Positions 1 through 13,441 are shown, counted from the stretch's first letter. The stretch: 60,000 nt of DNA from Camelus dromedarius (GCF_036321535.1 NC_087436.1:111602001-111662000); one strand, 5' to 3'. The notes: a model not told the origin generated them from the sequence alone. Numbers and translations are program-made.

Positions 1-537
1 GGAGCTGGCCACCCATCTTCCACAAAGCTTCTGCACTCTGTATTTAACTCTGTTAGGGCACCTGTCGTGTATGTTAATAGGGTTTTGTTTCATGCTTGTC
101 CCTCACTGGAGAATCATCTCCTGGAGAGGAGGACCTCATTTTACTATCATTTTATTCCCCAAACTGAACTCAGTTCCTACCTGCAGAGTAATGTGTGTTA
201 AATATTTGCTGAAGTGATTCATAGAATCTCAGGTTTGGAAGGAACTTTTTTTTGTCATCCTAGGAAACAAAATAGTGGGGCAGATGGCATCTGAGTCACA
301 TACTCCCCTCACTTAGTAGAGGGGGTTGCAGGGCTGGTTCAGGATCGCACAGTGAAATAATGGCAAACAGAGGCCAGAATACAGAAGCTCTACAGTGTCC
401 CAGGACATGATCTTCTGTGGAACACTTGAATGTTACCAGCTGCTTTGAGAAAAAATGGGTTGTATCTTCCAGTTAGTTGGCCAGGTTTCTTCATTGCAAA
501 ACTTTCTTGTGAAGTTCCAAGACTGAGTTGTGGGATG

Positions 538-629
538 CAGCATTTTCCAAATATATTTTCCCATGGAACTCTTTTCTCATTCCATCTCACTAAACTGGTG
601 TTCTCCAAAACATACTTTGGAAAACACAG
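538..629. mobile_element. Possible short hAT/Charlie-type MITE remnant
   Basis: Imperfect terminal inverted repeats cagcattttccaaatatatttt / aaaacatactttggaaaacacag. Confidence 0.3.
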
Positions 630-630
630 T

Positions 631-1091
631 TGTGGTAGGCAGAATAATGACCCCCTTCCAAATGGTCAAGTCATCGTCCCCAGAACCTGTAAATTTGTCA
701 TATTACAGGACAAAGGAAGAATTAAAGTGTTGGATGGGAATTAAATTTGATAATTGGCTGACCTTAAAATACAGATTATCCTGTATTGTCTGGGGGACCC
801 AAGGTAAATAGGTCCTTAAAAGTGGAAGAAAGATGCAGAAGAGGAGGTCAGAGTGATGCAATGAGGAAAGGACTCTGATGGTGAGGAAGGGGCCAGAAGC
901 CAAGGGATGCAGGTGGACTTTAGAAGCTGGCAATTGCAATGGAAATGGATTATCCCTTAGAGCCTTGAGAAAGGAAATGTAGCCCTGCCAGTGTCTCAAC
1001 TGCAGCCCAGTGCCAGACTTCTGACCTCTAGACCTGGAAGGCAATCAGTTCACAGTGTTTCAAGCCACTAAGTTTTTGGTCATTTGTTGTA
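631..1091 (+). mobile_element. MaLR LTR (MLT1D-like)
   Basis: Starts tgtggtaggcagaataatg; internal gattatcc..gggaccc and ccagacttctgacctc motifs; ends aagccactaagttt..ggtcatttgttg. Confidence 0.8.
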
Positions 1092-1294
1092 TGTCCCAAA
1101 CTGCATGATTACTGTGATCCCACATAAACCTGGGGATTATTTATAATCACTATTATATTATGCATATTCATATTTCTATGGTGAGGTGGAATGATTGTCC
1201 TAAAAGGCTGCAAACAGATTTTTTTAAAATCATTTTTTCTTATATTGTTATAACTTATGCTGCATTCCGTCCTTTAGAATCAAATTGCCAGGTC

Positions 1295-1383
1295 TAGTCC
1301 ACACTCTAAGAGAGGGGATACACAAGGACATGGGTACCAGCAGACAGAGATCATTCGGAGACATTAGGGAGGCTGCCACCATA
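1295..1383 (-). mobile_element. MLT1 (J/K-like) LTR fragment
   Basis: ccacactctaagagaggggatacacaagg..ggaggctgccaccata matches the reverse of an MLT1 LTR end. Confidence 0.5.
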
Positions 1384-1909
1384 GACAAAGAGGAAATAGT
1401 GAATTTTTTCTAATGTTAATCTTCTTTTACCAAATGATTTTGAAAGCCTCTTGAAGTCTTACTACAGGTAAAGTGACCGTATAATATATCATCCAGGCCA
1501 GAACTTTTTGAGACGATGAAATGAGAGGCACTATAAATAACCACTTGGGGGCAGCAAGTTTAAAACAGACTGCCCTTGGAAACCCAGATATATGGTCACT
1601 CCAGTCAAAGGTCATTTTTTCTGGATGTCTTTCTCAGCAGAGTGCCGACACATAACAAATATTTGGCATATATAGCAAAATGATCTCAAGATACACAAAG
1701 GTACTTGGGTCTCTAAATATTTGGTTCTCAAGCACTTTTCATCATAGTCTAATTACGGAGGCTAAGAAACCCTCCTACTATATTTAATCCTATTTTCCAA
1801 TAAAAAAAATAAATCTATACCAATACAGAGATTCCACTCCAAGAATAAATTCCAAAAGAAAGGTGTGTGTAGTACGTAGCCACTGGTTTTAGCATTTGTT
1901 CTCATAAGT

Positions 1910-2095
1910 ACATGTGGTGTATGGTGAAGAGACAGCTGGGTTTCTGGCATCAGAGACTTCTGAGCTCTAGTCCTAACTCTGAGACTTAGTAGGCATGTAA
2001 CCATGGCCAAATAGCCTGACCCTTCTAAACCTTAGCTTGCTTATTTACAGATGGTCTTTAATTGAATGTGACAATATTCATAACACACTTAGTAT
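1910..2095 (+). mobile_element. MIR SINE remnant
   Basis: ctctgagacttagtaggcatgtaaccatggccaa..cccttctaaaccttagc resembles the MIR core. Confidence 0.55.
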
Positions 2096-2184
2096 ATTTA
2101 TTCAACATCAATAAATATTTGAACATTTACTATATGCAACACATAGCTCTTGGAAAGTAGAGTCCTAGAATATTCTTTTGTTTG

Positions 2185-3510
2185 TAATTTCAGTTTTATT
2201 GAGATAAACTTTAGTTTTATTTATGCAGTTGACATATAGCACTGTATAAGTTTAAGGCATAGAGCATAAACAGCTCATACAACTTAATAAGGAAAAAAAC
2301 AAACAACCCAATGGGCAGAGGACCTAAACAAGCAGTTCTCCAATGAAGACATACAAATAGCCAATGAGCACATGAAGCAATGCTCAATACTACTAATTAT
2401 TAGAGAAATGCAAACCAAAACTGCAGTGAGTTATCCATCTCACACCAGTCAGAATGGCCATCATTCAAAGTCCACAAACAATAAATGCTGGAGAGGCTGT
2501 GGAGGAAAGGGAACCCTCCTACACTGTTGTGGGAATGTAGTTTGGTGCTGCCGTATGGAAAACAATATGGAGATTCCTCAAAAGACTAAAAATAGACTTA
2601 CCATATGATCCAGCAATACCAATTCTGGGCATATATCCAGAGGGAACCTTAATTTGAAAAGATACATGCACCCCAGTGTTCATAGCAGCACTATTTACAA
2701 TAGCCAAGACATGTAAACAACTTAAATGTCCATCAACAGATGACTGGATAAAGAAGTTTGGTATATTTATGCAATGGAATACTATTCAGCCATAAAAAAG
2801 AATAAAATAATACCATTTGCAACAACCTGGATGGACCTGGAGATCATCATGCTAAGTGAAGTAAGCCAGAAAGAGAAAGAAAAATACCATACGATGTCAC
2901 TTATGTGTGGAATCTAAACAAAATTTAAAAAGACAAACAAATTTACTTACAAAACAGAAACAGACTCAGATACAGAAAACAAATTTATGGTTACCAGGGG
3001 GGAAGGGGGTGGGAAGGGATAAACTGGGAGTTTGAGATCTGCAGATACTAACTAATATATATAAAATAGATAAACAACAAATTCATACTGTATAGCACAG
3101 GGAACTATATTCAATATCGTGTAGTAACTTATGGTGAAAAAGAATACGAAAACAAATATATGTATATTCATGTATGACTGAAGCATTATGCTGTACACCA
3201 GAAATTGACACAACATTGCAAACTGACTATACTTCAATAAAATATATATATAAAGGCATAGAGCATAATGACTTGGCTTGCATATATTGTGAAATGATTA
3301 CCACAATGTTTGGTTAACATTCATCATCTCATTTAGATACTAAAAAAAAAAGAAAAAAAGGAAACATAAAAATTTTTCCTCTCAATAACCTGCAAATATG
3401 CTGTGCAGAAATGTTAACTACAGTTATCACATGATACATTACATCTCCTGGACTTACTCATAACTGAAAGTTTGTACCTTTTGACCACCTTCATCTAATT
3501 CCTCACTCCC
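2185..3510 (-). mobile_element. Older L1 3' UTR (L1MA-like), split by a younger L1
   Basis: ttttattgagata..gacatatagcactgtataagtttaagg continues after the insert as tgacttggcttgcatatattgtgaaatgattaccac..gtaccttttgaccacc. Confidence 0.7.
2270..3252 (+). mobile_element. 5'-truncated young L1 (ORF2 C-terminus + 3' UTR)
   Basis: Encodes CWRGCGGKGTLLHC (Cys-rich domain); AATAAA near 3236; perfect 16-bp TSD aaggcatagagcataa at 2254-2269 and 3253-3268. Confidence 0.95.
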
Positions 3511-3959
3511 AACTCATTCTAGAGTATTTTTGCCAGATATGTATATTGCTACATAATCTGGGACTTACAAGAGTCCTCACATACTGTATTATAATTCTTA
3601 AATTTACAGTGATTTACATTTTAACAGTTAATGAGAGCAGCAACTGAAAGTCATAACTAATTTAAAACAATACTGATACCTCCTGGATGAAGACAGTTGG
3701 TTCTTTCAAATTACAGAAATTTCAGTTATTTATGTACGTTCTTTCTCTGATATATAACTTCTTTCCCTATAAAAACTTTTAAATTTTGTACCCAGATGGC
3801 AGGGTAGAATAATAGATTCAAGTTTTCAGTAAATTAAAATTGTTGCCTTTTCTAGTTTATAAAAAATCAGTTTTTGTAACCCTTAACTCTATTTACTAAT
3901 AATTAGTTCCTTATTATACATGAAAATGGTATTTTATGCAATTTTGTGTGTTTTATAGA

Positions 3960-4100
3960 AGAGTTAAATTTGTATTTCTGATAATAATAAATAATTTTTT
4001 AGTATAAATATATTCCATACAAGATTTGGGACACATTCATGCTAAAAATTACTGACAGTATTTATCTGAAGTTTAACTTTAATTGGATGACCTATTTTTT
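3960..4100. mobile_element. MER53-like palindromic MITE, left part (right end at about 7155-7195)
   Basis: agttaaatttg..ataattttttagtataaatatattccatacaagatttgggacac..tttatctgaagtttaactttaattgg; terminal tgtatttttatttgctaaatatggcaacc lies after the L1. Confidence 0.7.
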
Positions 4101-4104
4101 AGTA

Positions 4105-7100
4105 TTTAGCTTTAATTTTGGTAGAAAAGTGCATAACATAAAATTTACCCTCTTAAACATTTTTAGATGTACAATTCAGTAGTGTTAAGTATATTCACAT
4201 TATCTTGCAACCAATCTGCAAATTTCTTCATATTGCAAAACTGAACCTCTATACTCATTAAACAAAAATTTTCCATTTCCTCCTCCCCCTAGCCTCTGGC
4301 AACCACCATTTTTTCTGTTTCTATGAATTTCACTACACTAGATGTCTCATTTAAGTAGAATCATAAAGTATTTGTTTTTCTGTGACTGCTTTTTTCACTT
4401 GGTGTAATATCCTTAAGGTTTGTCTGTATAGTTGCACATACCAGAACTTCCTTCCTTTCTAAGGCTGGATAGTATTTTGTTGTAGGTATGTAGCACGTTT
4501 TGTATATTCAGTTATTCACTGATGGACATTTGAGTTGCTCTCACTTCTGAAGCTATTGTAAAGAGCTGCTATGAACTTGGGTGTGCAAATATCACTTCAT
4601 GACCTTACTTTCAATTCTTCAACACATACACTAAGAAGTGGGATTCCTGGATCATGTAGTGATTCTATTTTTATTTTTTTGAGGAGACTCCATACTGTTT
4701 TGATCTTATCATTTTACATTCCTACAATTCCCAAGAGTTTCGATTTCTCCACATCCTCACCAACACTTTTTTTCTAGTGGTCATCTTAATAGGCATAAGG
4801 TGATGTCTCACTGTGGTATTAATTAGCATTCCGCAGTGATTAGTGATGTTGAGTATCTTTTTATATGCTTGTTGGCCATCTGTATATCCTCTTTGAAGAA
4901 ATGTCTATTGAAGTCTTTTGCTCATTTATGAATTGGGTTATTTGTATTTTTATTATTGTTTTAGGAGTTCTTTATATCCTGGGTATTAAACCCTGATAAG
5001 ATATATGATTTATAAATGTTTTCTCTAATTATGGAGGTTGCCTTTTCACCCTGTTGATTGTGTCCTTTGATGTGCAGAATTTTTGAATTCTAATATAGTA
5101 CAGTTGATCTGTTTTCACTTTCATTGCCTGTGCCTTCAGTGTCATTTCCAAGAAATCCTTGCAAAGTCTAATGTCATGCAGTTTTCCCCTATATTTTCTT
5201 CTAAGAGTTTTGTACTTTAGCTCATACATTTAGATCCTTGATCCATTTTGAGTTAATTTTTTGTATGTGGCATAACATTAAGAGTCCAATTTAATTCTTT
5301 CCCATGTGGATATCCAGTTTTCTCAACACCATTTGTTGAAAAGACTGTCCTTTTCCCATTGAGTGATCTTGGCATCCTTGTTAAAGATTATCTGATTATA
5401 TACACGAGGCTTTATTTCTGAGCTCTCTATTCTATTCAATTGGTTTATATGCCTGCCTTTATGCTAATACAACACTGTTCTGATTACTATAGTTTTGTAA
5501 TAAAATTTAAAATTAGGAAATGTGAGAACGCCAACTTTGCTCTCTTAGATTGTTTGGCTAGTCTCTTGAGACTCGAAGATTTTAGCATGAAATTTTTTAT
5601 TTTTGGAAAATTTTTCTATTTCTGCAAAAAATGTCACTGGGAGTTAATACACATTGTGTTAAATTTATAGATAGTTTTGTGTAGTAGTGACATCTTAACA
5701 ATATCAAGTCTTTCAATCCAGGAATGTGGATATCTTTCCATTTAGTTATGTCTTTTAAAATTCTTTCAGCTATGTTTTGCAATTTTTAGCATACAAGTCT
5801 TTCACCTCCTTGGTTAATTTTAATCCTAGGAACTTTATCCTTTTTGCTGCTATTGTGAATACAATTGTTTTCTTAATTTTCTCTCCAAATTGTTCATTGT
5901 TAATGGATAGAAACATAACTGATTTTTGTATGTTGATTTTGTATCCATAAGTTTTTTTGGTGAAATCTTTAGGGATTTCTACATAAAAGATTATGGCATC
6001 TGCAGAGATTATTTTACTTCTTCTTTTCCAATCTGGATGATTTTTATTCCCTTTCTTGCCTAATAGCTCTGGCTAGGACTTCTGATAGTATGTTGAATAG
6101 AAGTGGCAAAACAGCCTTCTTTATCTTGTTCCTGATTTTTAGGAAAATCTTTTTTACCTTTGAGTATGATGTTACCTGTGGATTTTTCATAAATGGTCTT
6201 TGAAGTAGTTTCTTTCTATTCCTAGTTTGTTGAATTTTTTTTTAATTGGGGAAAGGTGTTGCATCAATTGAGATGATTATATGTTTTTCCCCCACCCTTA
6301 TTCTGTTAATGTGATATATTACATTGATTGATTCTTATACATTGAACCATCTTTGCATTCCAGGAGTAAATTCCATTTAATCATGGTGTAAAATCATTTT
6401 AAAGTGCTGTTGAATACTATTTACTACTGTTTTGTTGAGTAATTTTGCATTAATATTCATCAGGGATATTGGCCTATATGTTTTTTTTTTCCTTGTAGTA
6501 TCTTTGGCTTTAGCATTAGGATAATGCTGGCCTCAAAGAGTAAATTTGGAAACACTTCCTCCCCTTCAATTTCTGGGAAGACTTTGAGGAGATTTGGTGT
6601 TAATTCTTTTTTAAATGTTTGGTAGAATTTACCAGTGAAGCCATATGGTCCTGGGCTTTTCTTTGTTGTAAGGTATTTAGTTACTAATTTAATCTCCTTA
6701 CAGTTATACATCTGTTCATATTTTCTGTTTCTTCACGATTCAGTCTTGTAGGTTGTGTGTGTGTAAGACTTTGTCTATTTCATTAGGTTACCAAAATTGT
6801 TGTTGTACAATTTTTCATGGCATACTTTTATAATCCTTTTTAGTTTCGTAGACTTGGTTGAAAGTTTCCCTCTTTCATTTCTATTTTGAATCTTTGAATC
6901 TTTTCCTCCTTTTTAATTAGTTAATCTAGCTAAAGCTTTGTAAACTTTGTTAACCTTTTGAAAGAAACAACAATTGGTTTTGCAGATATTCTTTATTATT
7001 TTTCTATTTTCTACTCCACTGGTTTCTGCTCTAATCTATTTTTCCTTCTTCTGCTAGCTTTGGGTTTAGTTAGTTCTTTTTATTTCTAGTTGAAATCTTT

Positions 7101-7155
7101 CTTTTATTTTAAAATACACACTTACAGCTATATATTTTCCTCTTAGCACTACTTT
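4105..7155 (-). mobile_element. Old L1 (L1MB-like), 3' UTR + degraded ORF2
   Basis: Minus-strand ORF2 peptides KKSPGPYGFTGKFYQTFK (6460-6711), KDITKWKDI and FCTSKDTINRVKRQP; L1MB-type 3' UTR at 4105-4400. Confidence 0.9.
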
Positions 7156-7203
7156 GGGTATCATGTATTTTTATTTGCTAAATATGGCAACCACCTAAAA
7201 GTT

Positions 7204-7584
7204 TGTGACTTCTGTCTATTTCATGCCTTCTCACTTTCTCACTCTGGTGAAATCAGCTGCCATGCTGTGAGCAGCTGTCTAGAGGTCAACAAGGACTAAG
7301 AGAGGTCTTAGCTCAACAATTAATGAGGAACTGACTCCTCCGATTCCTGTCAACAACAACCTGAATGAGCTTAAAAATGGATCGTCTCCCAGTTGAGTTT
7401 TAAGTAGACTGCAGAACTGGCCCATACCTTGGTTGTATCCCTGTAGGAGATCAGAGCCAAAGGACCCTGCTGAACCATGGCTGGATTCCTGACTCACATA
7501 AATTGTGAGACAATAAGTATTTGTCACATTAAACCACTAAATTTTGGAGTAATTTGTTATTCAGCAGTATGTAACTAGTTGACA
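7204..7584 (+). mobile_element. MaLR LTR (MLT1E/F-like)
   Basis: cagctgccatgctgtgagcagc..gattcctgactcacataaattgtgaga..ccactaaattttggagtaatttgttattcagcag. Confidence 0.75.
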
Positions 7585-8049
7585 GTCTTAACATTTTTCT
7601 TAGGTGTACTAGTATACTTTACGTGGTATTATGTTTATATATATTTTTTACAATCTTGAGAAATGTACCTTGATATCTGATATGTGGGTTACTCAGGGAC
7701 ATAAATTAGAGAATTTGGCACAAAATGAGCTCATTTAAATGACAGTCTAGATACAATAAAAAAATGCCTTGTGATTTCATTGGTAGTAAAACAAATAAAT
7801 TTATAAGAATTTTGTTGGAACTGCTGGAGAAGGTACTCCTGAGAGATTCAGCAAGCAGAAAATAAAAATAAATCAAACAATATTTATGATGCTTAAAATG
7901 TGCTCTTTTCAACTAATTGAACATAATAAAGGGCTTCTGTAACATCGTTCTTAAATCCTTGCATATATTAATTACCCTAATTATGTAGTAATCAATGGGA
8001 GACTCTGTAGTCATTCAAGATGAAGGTCCACAAATGTATCTACAAATAC

Positions 8050-8718
8050 AGATATTTCTTTACCCTAAGATGTTAGATAATGAAGGCAAGTTGTTTGCCA
8101 AGTTTTGCTATTATAAACAATACTGGGGTGAATATTTTTGTAGCAAAATCTTTGCATATATCTCTGATTTTGTTAATCTTGGTTCTCCTGAGAAACAGAA
8201 CCAACATAAGAGCTATGTATTGTAAAGAATTTGCTCACAAGTTTACAGAGGCTGAGATGTCCAAGATCGGCAGTTGGCAAGTGGAAGCCCTAGGAGAGCA
8301 AGTTCTCTAGATCCAATCTGAGTCCAAATGCTGAGAACTAGGAGAGCTGACAGTGCTCCAGTCCGAGTCTGAGTCTAGGGGCAGGATAAGACTGATGTTC
8401 CAGCTCAAAGACAGCCAGAGAGAGAAAGAATTCTTTTCCACTCAGTCTTTTATTCTATTTGGGCTTTCATTGGATAAGATGAAGGTTACCCACAAAGGGG
8501 AGGACAATCTGCTTTACTTAGTCTATGATGCAAATATTAATCTCACTCAGAAACACTTTCACAGACATACTTGGAAATAATGTTTAACCAAATATCTGCA
8601 CACCCTGGGGTTCAGTCAGGTTGATACAAAAAAATTAGCCATTGTGGTGGTTATTTACTTAGGATGAATTCCTGGCAGTAAAACTGCAGGGTCCAGAGTA
8701 TACCACTTTTTAAGGGTT
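8050..8718 (-). mobile_element. Ancient L1ME-like fragment, split by an MLT2
   Basis: ttttgctattataaacaatactggggtgaatatt..ctttgcata, resuming as ttacttaggatgaattcctggcagtaaaactgcagggtc. Confidence 0.55.
8170..8645 (-). mobile_element. ERVL LTR (MLT2-like)
   Basis: ggttctcctgagaaacagaacca..ggaggacaatctgctttact..aaataatgtttaaccaaatatctg..gttgatacaaaaaattagccat. Confidence 0.85.
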
Positions 8719-10079
8719 ATGTCTTGGTTCAATCCATTTCTGACCATTCCTGGTGACCATGATAATGGATTTTCTCCTCGCCTCGGTGTTTGCTCGAACA
8801 TTTGCAAATCGCTAATGCAGTCCTCATATAAGGGGTTCATTAAGCTTCTTGCCTCCAGCCTCCCTACCCTCTTCTGTCATGAAGTGGTTGACTGGCTAAG
8901 TCTCCATCATTCTACTTCTCTGCTAAATCTATTGTTAGGCAGTACTTTAAAAAAAAACAAACCACTTTATATCGCTGATATGTTCTGCATCAAATATATG
9001 TTTACCAGAGACTATTTTTGGTTAAAACCCACCAGTTTTTCCTTAAGTGTATGTTAAACAGAACACAACTGTTTATATTCAGAGGGAAACTACCATGATT
9101 TTATCTGTAACTTAATTACCATGAAGTCCCATGTGTGGTCCACAGAGCTGCATAAATTAATAATGCTGTAATTGCAGAGTTCACATACTGGGGATCGTTA
9201 CCGCCCTTCTCTGGAGAGCCTGCCTAGCAAACAGACTTTGCATTAACATATATTCTCTGAGTGGAGTTTTTTTTTCTTCCTGAAGCATTTCCCACCTTCC
9301 CCCACAACCCCCTTTTTTTAATGTCCCCTTTACTCTCCTTGGAATCAGCCTGTGGCATTCTTATAGCTTCTGTTTCTCCTCTGGGTGCCTGTTGAAATAT
9401 CCCCCTAATATTTCTCCATTATAATGTGAGCCATCAATAGCACAATGTCTTGTTGGCCTGCCTTTTCAGGACACAGTACAGAGCTATTCCATTACTCTGG
9501 CGTCCATCAGGACAATAAGCCACAAATCTTTTTCAGTGCAGCTCCAGACGTGGCTGCCTTTGGACTGGAAGGCAGGGAGAGGCAGGAATGTTTCCCCAGT
9601 GTGGAGAGAAATCAAAGGCAGGTCCTCCGGTTTCTTCTGCGTGTGCTTTTTGGAATGAGTCGCTGCTGCACTTAGAACGAGAGGCGGTGATGGGAAGGAA
9701 GGGCAGTTTTCTTTGGTGAAATGATTTAGTCAGGGAGATTGCACCAGTCCACTAGGGAAAAGACTCCACTATGTGTTTAATTTTCTTTGGAGGATTTGCT
9801 AATGATTGGTAGGAGCCCCAGTTCTTATTTATTTCTTACTTTTCTTAATAATGAAAAAGAGACCATATGTTGGGTGTGCTGCCGGCTGATAAACTCACTT
9901 GGAGTAATGACTGGCAAGTATGTGTGTTTGGTACCCTGTGCTATTACGGGGGAAATCCTAAACTCTATTAAGAAATTTGCAGCCTTTGAAGCTGGTACCA
10001 GTTGGCCTTCGAGGTTTATGCTAATATCAGCTAAACATGTGAGATGTTAAGTGTTTCATTATATTTTAGAAGAATTTAG

Positions 10080-10825
10080 AACATTTCTTACCTCACTAGG
10101 AACATCAAAATAAATTCCACATGGATTAAAGAGTTAAATACTTAAAAATCTTAACTGTTAGAAAATCTGGAAGAAAATAGTTGTGAATATTTATCAAACC
10201 TCCTGAAGGGGGAGAATTTTCTATGCTTAGAATTGATGGAATAAATCACTAAGGATGTGATTGACAGATCTGACTACATAGAAATTTACAACTTTTATAC
10301 ATCAAAAAAACACTGAGATTAAAAAGCAATCAACAGAACTGGAGATAACGTTGTAGAAAGTTTAACAAAGGGTGACTTCTCAAATAAATATCAAACTCAC
10401 AGAAATTCAAGGATACAAATACCAGGACACCAGCAAATTGGTGGAGAAAGAACATAAATAGGCAAAAGACAAATATAAATTATGCTGATAAATAATTACA
10501 GAAAAACTTTTAACTTTCCTAAGTAACCAAATATATGTAAATGAAATAATAGTGAGGGGTGATTTTTCCCCTTTCAAAATTTCTCCATCAAATTATCCGA
10601 TATTTAAAATGAACCAATAATACCTGCTGTTGACGAGGGTGTAGTGAAATGACCACACACATTCACTGCTTAGCAGAAAGTGTGCTTTGAAAGGCACAGA
10701 CAACATACATATTTTAAAAATCCTTTAAAATAAAAATACATATTGATAATGATTTTATATGATGGGACTTAAGAATTTTTTTATTTTATTTTATTTTTTA
10801 GTTTTTCTAAATTTTCTGTAATAAT
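10080..10825 (+). mobile_element. Ancient L1ME-like ORF2/3' remnant
   Basis: aaaataaattccacatggattaaagagttaaat..ctggaagaaaata..gaatatttat is characteristic of the L1 ORF2 3' region. Confidence 0.6.
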
Positions 10826-11134
10826 CATGCACCTGAATTAAATCCACATCTTACCAACTTCAGCCAGCTTTTTTGTTTAAATTTTTTTTTGTTAATGCCG
10901 GTTCTCTTGCAGATACGCAGATTTCTCTTCTTAGAATCAAAGGCCTGAAGCTTCTACACATAAACCCATAACCCTTTTCCTGCCATTAGTATTGAAGTTT
11001 TTCCTGAAAATGTAAGTGCCTTTTTTTGGTACTATGGCTTTGGCTAATACTCTCTCCTTCAAATTTGGGTGTTTTCCCCATAAATCTACTTTTAACCTCA
11101 GCTTTTTTGATTAAATTTGCACATTTACTGCGAA

Positions 11135-11280
11135 GGCTTATTCTCTCTGAGCCTCAGTTTCCTCATCCACTAATTGGGTGCAATAACAATATCACTATAC
11201 AGGGTTGTTGTTAGGATTTACTTAAATGAGAAAATGTAACTAAAAGTCTTTTGCAAGTCTTGCTGATCTATGCCAATATC
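11135..11280 (+). mobile_element. MIR SINE remnant
   Basis: ctctctgagcctcagtttcctcatc..cagggttgttgttaggatt core. Confidence 0.75.
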
Positions 11281-11734
11281 ATTGTTGTTCTGAATACTAT
11301 TGTTTACCCCATCTGCATCTGAATCTCGGATTTGTGGTCCCAAAGGTAACTAAGTATTTTCTACCCAGACTGTTGATGAACTGTCTCATTTTCATACTCA
11401 TCTACCATTGGTTGGAAGACAACTTGGCCTTTGTCCTCATCTGGAAGGCCCTGGAGAGAAGGAGGTCTCACCTCTGCAGCTTTGGGGAGAGTGTGGTAGG
11501 CTGCTCCATGTCCTGGAGCCACTTCTGCTGTGCAGGTGGAGAGAGCTGGTGAAGGACCAGAGAACATGTAGGGGGCACATGACAATCCTTGTGCCCTAAG
11601 GAAGGAAGTTGGAGAGTTCTGGCTTTGCTTCAGTCTCTCTGTTAGTCCTGTGTCAGAAGGACCTTGATGCAGCTGGTCAGTTTATCCTCTGACAGAGTGA
11701 TAGACTGGTGGATTGCTCTTGACTGAGAGCCCAC

Positions 11735-12690
11735 CACCATTGACCAGGCATTCCTTAGTGCCAAGACCTCTGCCAGGTGCTGAGCTCAGAGATCAGGAAG
11801 GCAAGTCCTGCCCTTCAGGAACCTGTGGGCCAGGGGAGGAACACTGACCTGTAAACAGATCAACGTGGCCCATGCTATAATGTGCACATGGCTAAGTGCA
11901 CAGAAGAGCTGGTTGCCAAGTCTGTGCAGGACACAGGAGAGGGCAGATATAGGGACAGACTAAGGATGGCTTTATAGAGGAAGAAGCCTGTGAAATGAGC
12001 TTTGAAAGGCGCAGATTATTTTTCTAGATAAAGAGGTAAGTTAGTGATGTTCCATTCAGTGGGGAAAGTTTATGCAAAGCCTTAGTGGGATGCAAAACTT
12101 TGGCACAGGACAATGGTGAGGACTCAAGTTGTCTGGAATACAGCATGGTGGGACAAATGGGAGTGAGTTACTAGAGGGGGAGGTTTGCAAGGCCTTGCCA
12201 CGGGGGACCACGTTTATCTTGATAAGAAACTATAAATCCACACTCTGTTATACAAAGTCTTGGGGCCAGATGTGCTTTTTGGGTTCAGATTTTTCAGATT
12301 TTAGAACATAATACAGTAATTGTACGGTATATATCATATATATCCCCAGTGGGGCCTGGGGCAGCACTCTATAATAATCCTGTTGGTTATTCTGTCACTG
12401 AATAGTCACACCCAAGAAAGAAAGAGCAGAAAGAACCTTATGTCTGTTTAGATCAAGTTTTGCTGCCAAATATATGTGAATAAACTTTGGGTTTCAGAGA
12501 CTATTGAATTTTGAAACCAAGGGTAAGATATTGTTGTAAGGATTGTAGTAAGTTTTTTTTTTTTTTTTAAATACTGAGGGCAATAGGTGGTCATTAAAAG
12601 ACTCTGCACAGGGAAGTGTTACCATCTTAACTGGGTGATAGAAAAGTGTATGTGCAGCTTTTGTAGAGGGCTAATTAGAGGAGTGGGCCA
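11735..12690 (-). mobile_element. L2 LINE remnant (interrupted)
   Basis: gtgccaagacctctgccaggtgctgag..cctgcccttcagga..tgagctttgaaagg..tgcaaagcctt. Confidence 0.55.
12232..12537 (+). mobile_element. Tigger-derived MITE (MER46C-like)
   Basis: cttggggccagatgtg..ttcagatttttcagattttaga..ccccagtggggcctggggcagcac..ttttgctgccaaat..gggtttcagagac. Confidence 0.75.
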
Positions 12691-13089
12691 AGGGATTCTT
12701 TGATTTTTCCCTGCACTCTCTTCCTGACTCTGTTGCTCCCTTTGAGCTTGTTTTCAACACTTCCTTTTGTGACTTCCCAGTGCTCTCCCTCCAGATCTGT
12801 ATCTCATACTCTGTGGGTGTCTCTCCCCGTGCTGGTCCTCCTCCCTAGGGAGTGAGTTCCCATCCATTTTAAATCCCATTTGCCCCAGAGTCTCCCACAG
12901 TTGTATTCAGAAACCCCTGTCCTTTCCTCTTTAGAATCCACACTAGTCTTTCATCTGCCAGTCTTCTTCCCTTGGCATTCAGAACTTTAGCATTCCTAAG
13001 AGATGGAGGTCATTTGTAGGTAACGAAACAGAGGCCCAGAGAAGGATGTGACAGAGCAAGTTGGCATCCAAGATGGGTCTAGAGTTAGC

Positions 13090-13441
13090 TGCTATGGACT
13101 GAATATTTGTGTCCCTGAAAATCCACATGTTGAAGCCTAGTAGTCCCCAGTGTGATGGTATTTGGAGGAGGGGCTTTTGGGAGGCAATTAGGTCATCAGG
13201 GTGGAACCCTCAGGAATGGGATTAGTGCCCTTATAAAAAGCAACATGAGAGAAATGATTACTCTCTTTGCTTTGTGAGGAAGACAGCCATCTACAAACCA
13301 TGAAGAGGGGTCCCACCAGAACTGACCATGCTGGCATTCTGATCTCAGACTTCCAGCTTCTAGAACTATGAGAAATAATGTCAGCTGTTTAAACCACCCA
13401 GTCTATGGTATTTGTTGTAGTAGCCTGAACTCACTAACACA
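13090..13441 (+). mobile_element. MaLR LTR (MLT1A-like), inserted in a MIR
   Basis: TG..CA ends; tgctatggactgaatatttgtgtccc..atgggattagtgcccttataaaag..ccacccagtctatggtatttgtt. Confidence 0.9.
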
